Source: Malacoraja senta (Eukaryota). From it: a stretch of DNA of 60,000 nucleotides. The DNA lies in contig CM075990.1 of the NCBI GenBank assembly GCA_038087875.1, positions 10,046,001-10,106,000 of the forward strand, given 5' to 3'. A model generated the notes under the pieces. That model had not been told where the DNA came from. It did not search any database and saw nothing but the letters and a program-made list of their open reading frames with translations. Positions within the stretch are counted from its first letter, which is position 1, and each line of letters opens with the position of its first letter. This document shows, one piece after another, positions 11,201-26,683 of this stretch. Made by a program: the position numbers and the translations under genes.

Positions 11201-14200
11201 CCAGGTATGATCTTACTGTAAGGGTTTTGTAGTTGGATTTGGGCTGGGATATGATTGCCATGATTTTGTCCTCCCAGGTTACAGGAGTGGTTGTGGAAGG
11301 ATGGAGACCTATTATCATTCTACCATTGTTTGAGAGGGTGAAAAGGGACAAACCAAGTAATTACACCCTCATCATACTTGGACGTTTACTTGAGGAGTTG
11401 TGACCTGCAGGGCTGTGAACCCCGTGATGATAAGTCTGATCATGATGGATAGCCTGTTATTGACTGGCATTAAATAAAATGGGCCAAGTAGCTGCACTCT
11501 TTTTCCACCATTCTACCTCAGGAAGAAGTTTCAGATAACCTTCTCTTATTGACTCCATGATAAAAGGCTTTGATCTAAATTGTCCAAGTTGGTACGTGCT
11601 CTAAATCTCTTGGATATTACTTATTTTCTCTTATTCCATCAATATGTCTTTTTCTCCATCTTCTATTCATCTACCTCTACCGTAATGTAACTATCTAATA
11701 CATTTCAGCCATTCCCTGTGGGAGCAAGTTTCACATTCGCAATGGAGGAGACTGAAGGGAGACTGAACTCCATCCGAGACCACAAGAAGTAGCAGAGAGT
11801 TGTAGGTGTAGCCCAGTCCGTCAGGCTAACCTTCCTTTCATTGACACTTCACGCTGCCTTGCCAAGGCCACCAGCATAATCAAGGACCAGCCTCACCCCG
11901 GTCACTCCCTCTTCTCCACTCTCCCATCAGGCAAGAGGTACAGAACTTTGAAAACGCATGCTTCCTGATATAGGGACGTTTAAGAAGGAACTGCAGATGC
12001 TGGAAAATCAAAGGTAGACAAAAATGCTGGAGAAACTCAGCGGGTGAGGCAGCATCTATGGAGCGAAGGAAATAGGCGATGTCGCCTATTTCTTTCGCTC
12101 CATAGATGCTGCCTCACCTGCTGAGTTTCTCCAGCATTTTTGTCTATCCTGATATAGGGACAGTTTCTTCCCAGTTGTTATCAGGCAACTGAATGATCCT
12201 CTCATCAGCTCGAGTATGGTTCTGACCTCCCATCTCCATCATTGGAGACCTTTGAACTGTCTTTAATCGGACGTTATCTTGCACTAAGTTATACCCTTTA
12301 TCCTTTATCTGTGCACTGTGGACGGCTTGATTATAATCATGAATAATCTTTTATTTGACTAGATAGTACCCAAACAAAAGCTTTTCACTGTAACTCAGTG
12401 CATGAAACTAAACAAAAACTAAACTAAACTGAAGTGTGGTAGAGGCAATACCCTCGTCACCCTTCAATGTATACGTGAGAGGTTATGATATGTAGTCTTT
12501 GTACATGTACCTTATGCTGACAGGCTTGGTTATTTATGGTGGTTAGCTTGTTGACTGGCGAGCACAGAATGGGCAAAATAGCTGAATTCTGTCATAAATT
12601 TTATGCATTTCCATAGTTGTACTTGAGGAAGAAGTTTCAGGTAACCTCCTCTTATTGGCTACAAGGTAACAGGTTGTATTCCAAATTGTCCACATTGGTA
12701 TTTGTGCTCTGCAACTCTTTTACAAGACTTCTTTTCTCCACACCCGCCAATATCCGTTTTATTCTTCCTCGTCTATTTCTCTGGTTCCCCCTTATCTATT
12801 CATTTCACCTGAATCACTTCCTCCCTGGTCAAAGATTTTCTGGAATACTCTACCAGAATATAATGACCTAGGTTATATTATTGACCACATCACAGGAGTC
12901 AATTTAATATAGCAGTGAATTTTCATGGTTGTCTTCAGCTGTTGCGGAGTGAAAGGTTTTGCTCCTATTTATTCTCTGGGCACATTGGAGGTATATAAAT
13001 TAGTCAATTAACCAAGTTTCTGTCTCCATCCTTGCTTATTAGCCACATATTGCCATTGAATGGGAAAACTGCTGGTTGTAGGAATTTGACAAGGATTGGT
13101 GAAGCTCTTATTAGATCCTGAGAGGAACCTTCTGATATGTCTCCTGCTGAAGCCAGGAATAAATTGACTGGGGTTGTGGCATGCACCCATCAAATTAATT
13201 CATTGGAACAGGAGAAGCTCACTTGGTCCTTTGAGCCTACTCCAACATTGACTGTATGGCAAATCAAATTCCTTGTATGTTTTTACATACTTGGCTAACA
13301 AATTAATTCCAATACAATACAAATTGAATTAGATATTGGCTGAGCTTCAAATTCACTGATGTTTAATGATTTACCCGACAAGCATTTTAATATAATTCAA
13401 TCAAAGCCTTAAGGGCCTGTTCCACGATGCGAGTTCACCCAAGAGCTCTCCCGAGTTTAAAAAAAAAAAAAATCTCGTGGTATTCTACGAACTCCTGCGA
13501 ACTTCCACGAGTATGTTCACGAGCTCCTACGAGCTCCTACGAGTAAAACGTTTTTAAAAATTCATCACGAGTATTTTTTTACTCGTGGACATTTTTTCAG
13601 TGTTGAAAAAACTTCACGAGTAAAAAAATACTTGTGATGAAAAAAATCGTTACTTTTTACTCGTAGGAGGAGCTCATGGAGCTCGTGAACATACTCGTGG
13701 ATGGTCATAGGAGTTCGTAGAATACCAAGAGTTTGATTTTTTTTTTAAACTCGGGATAGCTCTTGGGTAAACTTGCATCGTGGGACAGGCCCTTTAAACA
13801 ATATACTGAGGGAAGGAGGTCCAGAGTTGCACCATATAGTGTGTAAAGCCGCCAACTTGGAGGAACGGCTGCTAAACAGCAGCCGTCTGTCAAATTGACT
13901 CTTTCTTTAGTTTTAGTGTTTTTTATTTCTTTGTTTGTTTGGGGGGTTTTGACTTTTAATGTGGGGGGGTAAGGGGGAAACTATTTCTAGGTCCCTACCT
14001 GGTCGGTGAGGCAGCTTTTTCTCCAGGCTGCCTCGTCGACCCGTCCTCGTGGCCTACCAGCGGGCATGGAGCGCCGTTTCCTGACGGGGACCGCCCAGCA
14101 CCGTCAGCTTCGGTGGTGGCACAGCGCTGGAGCGCTATCGGAGAGCGTAGCGGGCGATGCCTTGCCTGGGTCGCCGCGCTGGATCGACACGCTGGAGCTC

Positions 14201-17200
14201 CGGTATGCGCTGACCGCCGACATCAATACCTCCGGGCTGCGGGACTGCGGAGCGACCAGCCGCGGGCGGCGGCGCCGACTCCAACATCGGGAGCCTCGTG
14301 GCTCCAAATCGGCGTGGCCCTGTCGGCTTCAGGTGCCATCGACTCCGCTGGGAAACCAGCCGTTCCAGCCGCTGCGAGGACTCTCCCGACGGCCAGGAAC
14401 ATTGGGCCTCCGTAGAGGCAACTGTGGTGGCCTCGATGGGCCTGACTCTGGGGAGAACTGGGTTGGGGACTGGACATTGTGCCTTCCCCCACAGTGGTGG
14501 TCATTGTGGGGGGATGATTTTGTGTGCTGTGCCTGTTAGTCCGTGTACACGATGGCGGTCGGAGGGGAGAGTGGACGCTGGCGCGAATTGGTCGCTGCTG
14601 CTCTCTCCTCAAATTGTGTTTCTTATTTTCTTTTGGTGCTCTTGAAATTGAATTCTGTCCTTGATTTGTGTACTGTGGTGTTTTTATATTTAATTTATTC
14701 CGATTATGTGTTTTGTATTTTTTTGTGATTCTATGCATTGTAAGGTGTCCTTGGGTTTTAGAAAGGCGGCAGTAAATAAAATGATTATTATTATTATTAT
14801 TATTATAAAGCTATGCTTTCAGACATCAATTCTTACACAGTATAGTCTAAATTCCCACGGTATGTCATAGATACATAGATACATAGAAAAAGTCAGTTGG
14901 TTTGCTCACTTACTTCTGTTTCCGAATATCAGTTATTCCATTCTTCTTATTTCCCAGCCTTTCTGTTGGATTAACTCTGCACAATTATTAAATAGCCAGG
15001 TTAAAATATGACCACAGTTAGTAAAAACTGTTTCGTGTTTTTCAATTCCTTCACCAAACACATTCATACTTGGCTATATTTAAATAGCAATAGTCTCCCT
15101 GATCAAAGATAATATGCTTTGTCCTGCCCGTCCTGTCTCCCCTCCCCCCATCACCACAATCAATCTAAAGAACAGTCCTGACCCAAAACATCACCTATTC
15201 ATATTCTCCAGAAAATCCACCAGATTTGTCAATCATTACTTCTCTTTCATATTTCATGTTGGCTCTGTCCAATCCAATTAGTATTATCCATGTACCCAGC
15301 TACCACTGCCTTGATAATAGATCCCATGATTTTGCCCATCTACTGTTATGTGCCTAGTTCATCTGTTCATTTCTCTCCCTCCTTCCTAAAATAGTGGTGT
15401 TATAGTTGTTACCTTCCTATTTACGTGAACCATTCTAGAATCCAAGGAACATTGGAAGATGACCACCATAGCATTCGTGATATCTACACACAACTCTTCT
15501 GAACCATGTGTAGGAAAGAACTGCAGATGCTGGTTTAAATCGAAGGTAGACACAAAATGCTGGAGTAACTCAGTGGGACAGGCAGCATCTCTGGAGAGAA
15601 GGAATTGGTGATGTTTTGGGTCCAGACCCTTCTTCAGACTCTTCTGAACCTTACTATGCAGTTCATCAGGTCCTGGAGATTTCTCATCTTTCATTCCCAT
15701 TAATTTCCTCAATGCTTTTTTATTGACTAAAGCTAATTTCTTTGAGCTCCTCATTCATGCCAGACCTGCTGTTCTCCATCATTACAGGTTTTCCATGCCC
15801 TCTTCTGTGGTGACTGATTAACAGAACAATCATTTGACTTAACGAGCTACCAGAGCTGGCATGACTTTGGTGCTTTGATCCTGTGCCAAGATATTATAAA
15901 TGGAAATCATGTTTCTTACTTGCACAGTCTCCTGATCAGATCTGCTGGACGATTAGGGATCCGTTTGGGAAAATCCACTTGTTCCATTCCCTTCAAAATC
16001 ATATTGTAAATTTCCATTGCATCAGGACCAGTAAATGGAGGACTGGGGAGACAGAAAATCACACAATCATAGGTTTGTTTAGTCCTGTTTTGTAAACAGT
16101 GATTTGGGACTTTCTTCAGATCATGCTGTGTAGAGTTTGGACATTCTTCCTGTGACCACAAGGGTGTCCAGTGGGTGCTCTGAAGATACGTAGCTTGATA
16201 GGTAAATTGGTCAATGAAAATTGCCCCTTTTCTGTAGATGAACGATAGTTGACAGGATCTGTATAGGACCAGAGCAAATGCGAGTTTGATGGTTGGAGTG
16301 GGCTCAGTGAGCTGACGGCTTCGTGTTGCACCACATGACTCCCTGACTCTTGCAGTTGAAATCCTGGAAATGGATTGTAAGTTGGTGAATGTCACAGTAC
16401 GGACATTTTCCTTCTTGCAACTTGTGGCTGATGCAGATGATATGCCCAGGCTTGGAGACTCAGAAGCATAATTTCCCAATTTTCTTTTACCCTTTTAGTA
16501 TTCATGAAAATCGCAGCATGCAGCATACAAAAAACATGTGATCTATCTTCTAAGCATCCAAGAATAATGTGGAGGGCTAAGTGGTAAGTATCAAGGAATG
16601 AGAAATAAGTGGATAGCTCCTTCAAACAATCCACAATGGGCTGAATGGTCTCCTGTCCCACCCAGCCAGGGTCTAGCTTGTGCTAAATCACTGTAAACGG
16701 TCACTTTATAAATTGTGCCTGTATGTGTGCCCTGTGTGAGTGCCTTTAGAGTGAGTGCACCTGATGTGAATTTGCCCTGTGTGATTTAAACTTACTGCTT
16801 CAATGCTTACTTTCCAGTCAGAAGCTCAAAGACCAGGATTCCCAGAGACCAATAGTCTGCACCAAAGTCATGGCCCTTGTTCATGATAATCTCTGGAGCA
16901 ACGTACTCAGGGGTTCCACAGAAGGTCCAGGTCTTCTTGCCCAGGCCAATCTGCTTAGCAAAACCAAAATCAGCCTGAAAGACAGGGGTTGGGGGAGTCA
17001 CATATGTAATGAGTTACTGATTGACGTATATGAAGCCACTTCCAATATACAATGGAGGAAACAAAGTGCTGGAGTAACTCAATGGGTAATGTGGCATCTC
17101 TGAAGAACACAGATATGTGATGTTTCAGGTCTGGACCCAGGAAGAAGGATCCTAACCAATAATGTCATCTATCCATTTTTTACAGAGATGCTGCTTGACC

Positions 17201-20200
17201 TGCTGAATTACTCCAGCACTTTGTGTCCTTTGTGTAAATCAACATCTGCAGTTCTTTGTTTCTCCAATCTACATTGGCTTGGTTTAGCTTGTGGTTCCTC
17301 AAAAGTGTTCTGAGACAGATATATCAGGGTTGACGGTGCACTCCAGGTCTTGTGTTTTCCTGCACAAACACCAGAGCATTTGTGGAAGCATATACAGGGC
17401 TTGGGTTGTTTAGAACGTTAAGCATCCTTTGGAGTTGGTTGACGAGTTGTTTTGGAAGCTTTGGTATGATAAACTATTTGGGCCTCTAATGTTTCTGAAC
17501 GTCATTTATAGCCAATCTTTAACTTAACTCCATCTACACTCCTTGATTCTTTAACCCTTTAAAGAATTTAAACCTTTAACCCCTGGCAGCCCTGTTCATT
17601 ATCTAGACATTCCAGCCCTCACCTGATCCCGCCTGCCTGTACACCACTTACCTCATGGTATCTTTCCCATGGTTCATCTTTCACATCTCCTTCACCTCCT
17701 GGTTTTATGTGCACAACATTCCTTCCTTATCTGATTCCATCTATCACCTGCCAGCCTCTGTCTTGACTTTCCCCTCATCCTCCCGATGTCATCTCATTAA
17801 GTAATGTATTTTTCTTAGGTTTCTACCTATCACTTACCCGGCTCTTGCCTCAGCACTCACCCCATTCCCTCACCCATATGCTCATCATCCATTCCCCTCA
17901 TCTGGCTTCTCAAATCACCTCCCAGCCTCTGCCTTACCCCTCCTGCCCATCTCTATCTGTAGCTTATTTCCCTCTCAGTCCTGATGCAGGTTCTTACCCC
18001 AATACATTAACCATTCCTTTGCTTCGAGAGATGCTGCCTGACTCTCTGAGTTTTTCCAGCAGTTTTATTGGCCTATCTCCATCTCTCCACCGTATTATAT
18101 CAAAATTATGTAGACTGGGACAAAGGACAAAGGACAAGGGACATTTATTATCACATACACCAATTGGTGTAGTGAAATTTGTACAGCACAGGTGGCCATT
18201 CATCCATTTATGCTGATGCTATCTCTTCAAAAGAGCTATCAAAATAATTGTACTGCAATCGTTTCCTACACGAGTGTTTATCCAATTCATCTTGAAAGGT
18301 CCTGTTGAGACAGTTGCCTCCTCATTCAGAGCATACTAATTTGTAATAACTTGCTGCATTTCAAAACTATGCTTCCTCCTCATCTCTATTCTTTTCACCA
18401 ATGATTTAAAATGCATGTCTCCTGATTGTGGACCGTTTTTCCACAGAAAACAGATTCGTTTTATCATGATTTTGAAACAAAAACTTATTGGAGATTAAAA
18501 AATAACTTTTGCACATTGCGCAGTTTTAAAACGCACTCGCTGCATTTTCTGGGTGAAGAAAGGTTCTGTGTTTCTCTTGCAGCGATGTTAAGGACTTTCA
18601 TTTAAAAAAATTCTCCAGTCAGCTCACTGCCCACACAGTTTTTGTCAGTGGAAAGCTTTGATTGACTATTCCTGAATTAATGCCTCTCCAAAGCATGGGG
18701 TGAATCCAGCATTTAAGTTTTATACTGATGCTGGGTGATAGAGCGTCAGTGAGACTAGGCAGCTAGGATGCAGGCATGCCCCCGGGGAGAGCAGAATGAG
18801 AGTTCTCAGATGGGATCCATCAGCTTAGTTTGACACCATTAAAAGCAGAACCCCACCAGGAGTCCGTTTAAGACACAAAGTGCTGGAACAATTCAATAGT
18901 TCAGGCAGCATCTCTGGAGAATATGGATGGGTGACATTTTGGGATGGGACCCTTCCCCGAATCATCACCTATACTTGTTCTCCAGAGATGCTGCCTGACC
19001 CGCTTAGTTACTCCAGCACGTTGTGTCCTTTTTTGGAACACAAGGTTCCGTAATTCCTTGTGTCTCCAGGGGTCAATTTATTCAAAGCAATGACAATTTC
19101 ATTTAAATAGCATCTTTCTCATCCCTTTATAATCAATTGACTGGTAGCTGATGTAATTGTAATTCAAGGCGATCATGGTTGCTCAGCAAGATCACGTACC
19201 CAACAGTTTGATGATAACCATTGAGTATAAGAGTCAGGTAGTCATTCATGGTGCATCTTTATAGGATTTTGGTATGGTTGCATTTGGAGTATTGCATGTA
19301 GTCCTGGTGACCCAACACAGGAAGGATGTGAAAGCTTTGGAAAGAATGCAGAGAAGGTTTATCAGAAAGATGCTTGAATTAAGGGGAATTATTCACAGGG
19401 GGAGGTTGAACAGACTTGGATTATTTCCTCTGGAACACTGGAGGTTGAGGAGAGGTCTGATAGAAGTATATAAAATTATGAGAGGCAAAGATAGCATAGA
19501 TGGTCAGTCATTTTTCCCAAGATGGAAATATCAAATGCTAGAGGGATGGCTTTAAGGTGAGAAGGGCAAAATGTAAAGGAGATGTGCGGGGCAATTTTTT
19601 TAACACACAGAGTGGTGAGTGCCTGGAACACGCTGCTTGGGGTGGTGTGGAGGCAGATATAATAGTGGCTTTTTAGAGATTTTTGGATCGGCACATGGAT
19701 ATGCAGGGAATGGAGAGATATGAATTATTTGCAGGCAGCGAGAGTTGGCCTTGACATCATGTTCAGCGCAGACATTGAGGGCCAATGGGCCTGTTCCAGT
19801 GCTGTACTGTTCTATGTTCTGTGTTCTAACCAGTTCATCTTTTTTTAGAAATTTGGTCGATTGTTAATATTGACCAGAACACGGTACATCTTCCAATCTC
19901 TTTTTCAAAATAGGACCATTTAGTCTTTTATCAATGCCTGACAAGGCAGATTGCTCATCTAATCTAAGAACCCAAGTAAATGGTGATACTTTGTACAGTC
20001 CAGCACTCTAATGCCATCCAGAAATGTTGTACCTGATATAAACCCATATATTTAAGGGGATGCAAAATAAATATACAGGGCAGAAAGGAGCAGAAGGATA
20101 TGTTGATTGAGTGAGATACACAAATATAACCGAGTGCAAGTTGGGATGACTGACTTGTTTCAATGTTATAACTATTCAGGCGGGGCCTGAATGCAATCAC

Positions 20201-23200
20201 CTCCTACAAGGCGAAATCAGGAGGCAGCTCGAATGTCGGCGAAGCATCACTCCCTGATGAGCTCAATGCGTTTTACGCACGCTTTGATGGAACACCGATG
20301 TGCCTTCCCGAGCTCCCATTCGCTGTGATGGTATTTCAGTCTCAGTCACAGAGGCCGACGTCAGGAAATCCTTCAGAGGGGTGAACCCTCGAAAAGCGCC
20401 TGGACCTGATGGTATACCTGGTCGTGTTCTAAAAACCTGTGCGGACCAACTGGCTGGAGTTTTTACGGACATTTTCAACCTCTCAGTTTTGAGGTCTGAG
20501 GTTCCCACCTGCTTCAAAAGTGCATCAATCATACCAGTGCCCAAGAAGAGCAAGGTGACGTGCCTCAATGACTATCGACCTGTGGCACTAACGCCTGTGG
20601 TGATGAAGTGCTTTGAGAGGTTGATCATGGTGTAAATCAACTCCTACCTCGACAAAAACCTGGACCCACTGCAGTTCGCTTACCGCCACAACAGATCAAT
20701 GGTGGATGCGATCTCGCTGGCCCTCCACTCCGCTCTGGACCACTTGGACAACAAAAACTCATATGTCAGGCTGTTATTCATCGATTACAGCTCGGCATTT
20801 AATACAATCATCCCCTCCAAGCTGGTTACCAAACTCGCAGAACTGGGTCTCTGCGCATCCCTCTGCAATTGTATCCTCGACTTCCTCACTCTCAGACCAC
20901 AGTCTGTTCGTATCGGTGGAAATGTGTCAGACTCGAAAAACAATCAGCACGGGCGCACCTCAAGGCTGCGTGCTCAGCCCCCTGCTGTACTCACTCTATA
21001 CTCATGACTGCGTAGCCGGTCATAGTGCGAACTCGATCATCAAGTTCGCTGACGACACCACTGTTGTGGGACGTATCACTGATGGGGATGAGTCAGAGTA
21101 CAGAAGAGAGATCGAGCAACTGTCCATATGGTGCCAGCACAATAACCTGGCCCTCAACACCAGCAAAACCAAGGAAATGATTGTGGACTTTGGAAGGAGT
21201 AGGATGGGGACCCACAGTCCCATTTATATCAATGGGTCGATGGTTGAAAGGGTTAAGAGCTTTAAATTCCTGGGCGTGCACATCTCTGAAGATCTTTCCT
21301 GGTCCGAGAACACTGATGCTACTATTAAGAAAGCACATCAGCGCCTCTACTTCCTGAGAAGATTACGGAGAGTCGGTTTGTCAAGGAGGACTCTCTCTAA
21401 CTTCTACAGGTGCACAGTAGAGAGCATGCTGACCGGTTGCATCGTGGCTTGGTTCGGCAACTTGAGCGCCCTGGAGAGGAAAAGACTACAAAGAGTAGTA
21501 AACACTCCCCAGTCCATCATCGGCTCTGACCTCCCTTCCATCGAGGGGATCTATCGCAGTCGCTGCCTCAAAAAGGCTGGCAGTATCATCAAGGACCCAC
21601 ACCATCCTGGCCACACACTCATCTCCCTGCTACCTTCAGATAGAAGGTACAGGAGCCTGAAGACTGCAGCGACCAGGTTCAGGAATAGCTACTTCCCCAC
21701 AGCCATCAGGCTAGTAAACTTGGCTCGGACAAAACTATGAACATTAATAGCCCATTATCTGTTATTTGCACTTCATCAGTTTATTTATTCATGTGTGTAT
21801 ATATTTATATAATGATATATGGACACACTGATCTGTTTTGTAGTCATTGCCTTCTATGTTCTGTTGTGCTGAAGCAAAGCAAGAATTTCGTTGTCCTATC
21901 AGGGACACATGACAATAAACTCACTTGAACCTGAACTTGAACTATGTTGCTAAGTCTTATATCAGTAATACTTATAGGATTGTCAAGCTTGAAATGGTTC
22001 AGAAAAGATTTACGAGGATGTTGACAGGACTAGATGGTGTGGGCGAAAGGGGGAGGTTGAGTAGGCTGGGTCTCTATTCCATGGAGCGCAGCAGGATGAG
22101 AGGTGATCTTATAGAGATACAAAATCATGAGAGGAATACATCGGGTAGATGCACACTCTTGCCCAGTGTAGGGGAATCGAGGACCATAATACATAGGTTC
22201 ATGGCGAAGGGGAAAAGATTAAATAGGAATCTGTGGGGTAACTTTTTCACACAAAGGGTGGTGGGTGTATGGAACAAGCTGCCAGAGGAGGTAGTTGAGG
22301 CTGGGACTATCCCATCGTTTAAGAAACAGTTAGACAGGTACATGGATAGGACAGGTTTGGAGGGTTATGAACCAATCGCAGGCAAGTGTGACTAGTGTAA
22401 CTGGGACATGTTGGCCGGTGTGGGCAAGTTGGGCTGAAGGGCCTGTTTCCACACTGTATCACACTGTCACTATTACTAGTTTCAAACAATTTACTTGCTG
22501 AAGTATTGTGTCAATGAGAGACCTGTCTAGACTGATGGAGGTTGAATCTGCCAGTGCACGATATGAGATGCTACTGGATAAGATTCTACTGGAGCAATAC
22601 GTACCATTTTCACATATCCATCAGAGTCCAGCAGCAAATTCTCAGGCTTGAGATCCCTGTAAATGATTCCTCTGTTGTGCAAGTAATCAAAAGCCTCCAC
22701 AACACATCCAACACAAAACCTGGCTGTCGGTTCCTCAAAGAAACACCTGTGAACGCAAACACAGATTCAGCTCCCTTAATGGACAGATCAGTTTTATTTT
22801 CTCGTACCATCTGATAGTGTCCGTATGAGGCATCTCGAGAGTCTGCATTGCGATGGAACTAGTTATTATTGCCATCTGTCCATATTGTGGACTTGGAAGA
22901 ATATATTACCCAGGATGGTTTGGTCAGATAGGTCAACAGAAAGAATCACATTTAAAACTAAACCTAAATTTGATTCACTTAAGATCAGTGACTTAAGGCC
23001 ACTTAAGGTCAATGGCTCTGACTCTGATTTCTCCGTGGATATTTGTTTTTATTTGTGCACAAGGGAGCACACAGCTGCATTCCCATTGATTGGAACTCAC
23101 CTGGCTGTGTGATTGGGATTTAATACTTTGTATCAGTTTCAATGAATCCCCTTCACCTTGGGATTCCCCTTTCACAGTCCAAAGAATGGTAAGGTACAGT

Positions 23201-26200
23201 TACCTCCATATCTACAGATATTTAAGGAAGTTTACCACTGTCCTTTCCGTGAGTTCACCTTTGAGTGACCTAGCTCTAATTTTCATGTTCTGGCTTCTTT
23301 CTCTACCTGAGTAGATCATTTGATATTTTTTAAGAGCAGACCTCAATCTTGAAGAAAGGAACTGTGAGAAAATCTGTCCCAAAGAAAACATTTTAAAGAC
23401 CATTTCCCTCTTTGGTGAATCTGTGCTGCAATTTTTCTAGACATTAGAGATCATCAACCTGAAGCAATAACACAATAACACTCTTTCTCTCTCCACATAT
23501 GCTGCCTGTCCTATTGAGTATTCCCAGCACTTTCCACCTATATTTTATCCAAGACCATTGGAATTGAGGTAAGGTTGTCAGATCCATAGATAGATGATGG
23601 CTGTGTACCACCTATCACCTTATATTCCACCTCCCTTGTAATCCTAACAGTGGCCATACACAGTAGTCTGCATTGGAATGGACATGGATTTGACAAAATA
23701 CATTCAAACATTGGAACGTAAAAATGACATACACTCACATGTCACGCAGGACGGTCCACAGCTCCCCGCCCAGACACACCTCCAGGAGCATATACACATA
23801 CTTGGAATCTCGAAAGGTCCGGTACAACCTATAAGCCATCAGATATTTCCCTTATTATATTTGAAAGAATCTCGCGACAGAACCTATTCTTTGCTCTGGC
23901 TAAAATGAGGGACAATATGTGGTTGAATGTTGGAAATGGCACTGGGTTCTACAAGATCGGGCAGCATCTCTGGCGAAAAGAAACAGGTGACATTTCGGGT
24001 CAGAACCATTCTTAAGACAATAGTGATCACTGGTCGGTGCAGACTCGGTGGGCTGAAGGGCCTATATCCATGCTATATCTCTAAACTAAACTAAACTAAA
24101 CTGTTCCTGAGCTCTGAAGCATTGATTTAATAATGTGAATACTATCCTGGACTAATAATGTGAATACTTTCCTCCCTATCTTTGTAAATTCATACAGACC
24201 CCAGTAATATCTGGGTTCCTCAAACACTAACCTCTCGTTCACTCTCTCCCTGCACCTCATCGCCGATTTGGAAACCCATTCTGGTTCTTTCATCCTTAGT
24301 GGGTCAAAATCCTGGAGCTCCCATTTGTGGCATTCCTTACTCAATCATCACCAGGGAAAGAAAACTTCTCAAGGGAAGCAGGAAAAGATACTAACACACC
24401 AGCATTCTAGCATCCCAGTAATGCTCACATCCTCAGGAAGAAACTTTTGAGGACATCATAAAGTGACTGGTGCTTTTATCCTAAAGGTTATTGCGAGGCA
24501 AGGCAGAATACTGGAGCTCGTAACAATTGAAAGGAACATACAAACAACTCGTTAAAAATTACACTGATTGGCCAGCATTTTGATGGCAATGGATTCTTTG
24601 AGTTAAAAGCAGTCCTATTGTAAATGTCACATGGTAGAAGCTTTTGACCTAAAACATTAAGCCATGCTTCTCTCTCCACAAATGCTGCCTGACCTGCTGA
24701 ACATTCCCACATAACAATCAAAGACATGGTGATGCAAAATTCCCGCTAGAACATGGTTAATCCACTTCCATCTTTTCATCTCTTGTGTTGAATGAGTGCC
24801 GGTGATTATTTTTCTGCTGATAAACGTCGCACTAATCATCCACCCTGTAGTTAGGCAACCTCGTGTCATCGTGGGGTGTTTGTTCTTGTTGAGGCACTTG
24901 TGTTGTGGTTGGTATGGAGTGAATTGAAGCATGGGCACTCTGAGAGTGCTGAGGGGGAAGCCATTCAGCGCAGAGAATCTAGGGATCAGAAACTACTATG
25001 CAACTGAGTTAGAGGTCACAGGATCACTTCTCTGATGTGAGCACAATAATCTCAACAGTTTTATCCTTCATGTGGGCTTAAATTGTCTGCCACTTTTCTT
25101 ACTCATTCAAAATAATACATTTATTGATTGCAGGATGCTTTGCGACACCTTGAAGCTACGACGGGTGCTTTGGAAATGCACAATCTTACTTCCTTTGATC
25201 TTATTTAGAAATCATTGATAAACACTTTTTCATACGATCTGCAGATTGGTAATACGCAAAGTAAAATAAATCAACACGAAGCAATCGCCTTTCCATAATA
25301 ATTGGTATGTATGACATGCTTTGTAGCATTATCTATTATTTTTAAATTATTCTAAAATATTCCTTGATAAAAGACTCCTGTGCACTCTTAGGCAGGCAGC
25401 TGGAGCAGAAGGTTTTATCATCTTTGTTGCACACCCCATTGTCATTCTCCAGCCTGACACACAATTCATTTCAAACATAAATTGAGCTGACATTTGAAAA
25501 TGACATGTGCTTCAGATTTGGTTGAAGCTATGACAGTCTGAAGGCACAAAACAACAGGTGGCTGGGTGTAAATGTGCCAGCAGCATAGCCTCACTCTCAT
25601 AAGGCAACTGACCATTTTCATCACTAAAAGTTTGTGCAGAGAAAGTTTGACAACGCCAAGGAGGGGGCTGAAACTACAAGGGTGTTTTGGAGTAGGGAGT
25701 AGGAAGCAGTCAGATATATTAAATTCAGTCCAGAGATGAGTGAATGTAATGAAACAAAATGCATCAGTGCTTACATAATCTGCCAATGTTGTTTCCTGGT
25801 CTAGTGAGTGAAACAGACAGGGGGGACACATTAATAAGTTCATAAATGATAGGAGCAGAATTAGGCCATCCGGCCCATCAAGTCTACTCCACCATTCAAT
25901 CATGGCTGATCTATCTTTCCCTCTCAACCCCATTCTCCTGCCTTCTCCCCGTAATCCCTGACATCCGGGGTGTCATCTTTGAGCATGAATGAGCAGGAAA
26001 TAAATTTCATGATGTACCTACGCTACCAAGTCATCAACGGAAGTGACTTAATCTCACACTTCTGATTAGCAAAGGTATAATGAGCTAAAATCTGAATGGA
26101 TCATAGTTGTTACACACAGTTGGAAGACTATAGGACATAGAAACTGATTTTCACACATTTTTACAGACATCTGCACTATATGTAACTGTAAACATAAACT

Positions 26201-26621
26201 GAAAACGTGCCCACATACATACAAATTACCAACATTTACAAAGATATAAAAATTACACATAGATCCACTGACATGGATATGTAACTTTGCACAGTTACAT
26301 ACACAGTGAAGCCCACATGCACATAGACTGGCAGAAATACACACTTATATAGTGGCTACACAAGATTATATACACACTTATACGCATTTAATGCACATCT
26401 ACAGTTATATGCCCTCATAACTAAATGTAAATTTACATACATACACTCAGGCTATCTCACACACACACACACATGCACACACATATATTTAAGAAGGATC
26501 CCGTCCCAAAACGTCACCCATCCTTTTTCTCCAGAGATGCTGCCTGACCCGCTGAGTTACTCCATCACCTTGTGTCTATCTTCGGTTAAAACCAGCATCT
26601 ACAGTTCCTTTCTACACTCAA

Positions 26622-26683
<62 letters not shown>

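Noticed and set aside
15916..16479. 187-aa ORF as an independent gene
   Set aside because: Only 15920-16042 is kinase exon 15; the rest is intron read-through.
20706..21740. 344-aa ORF as a host gene or active RT
   Set aside because: It is the post-frameshift part of a truncated Rex1 LINE with an upstream stop and no endonuclease.
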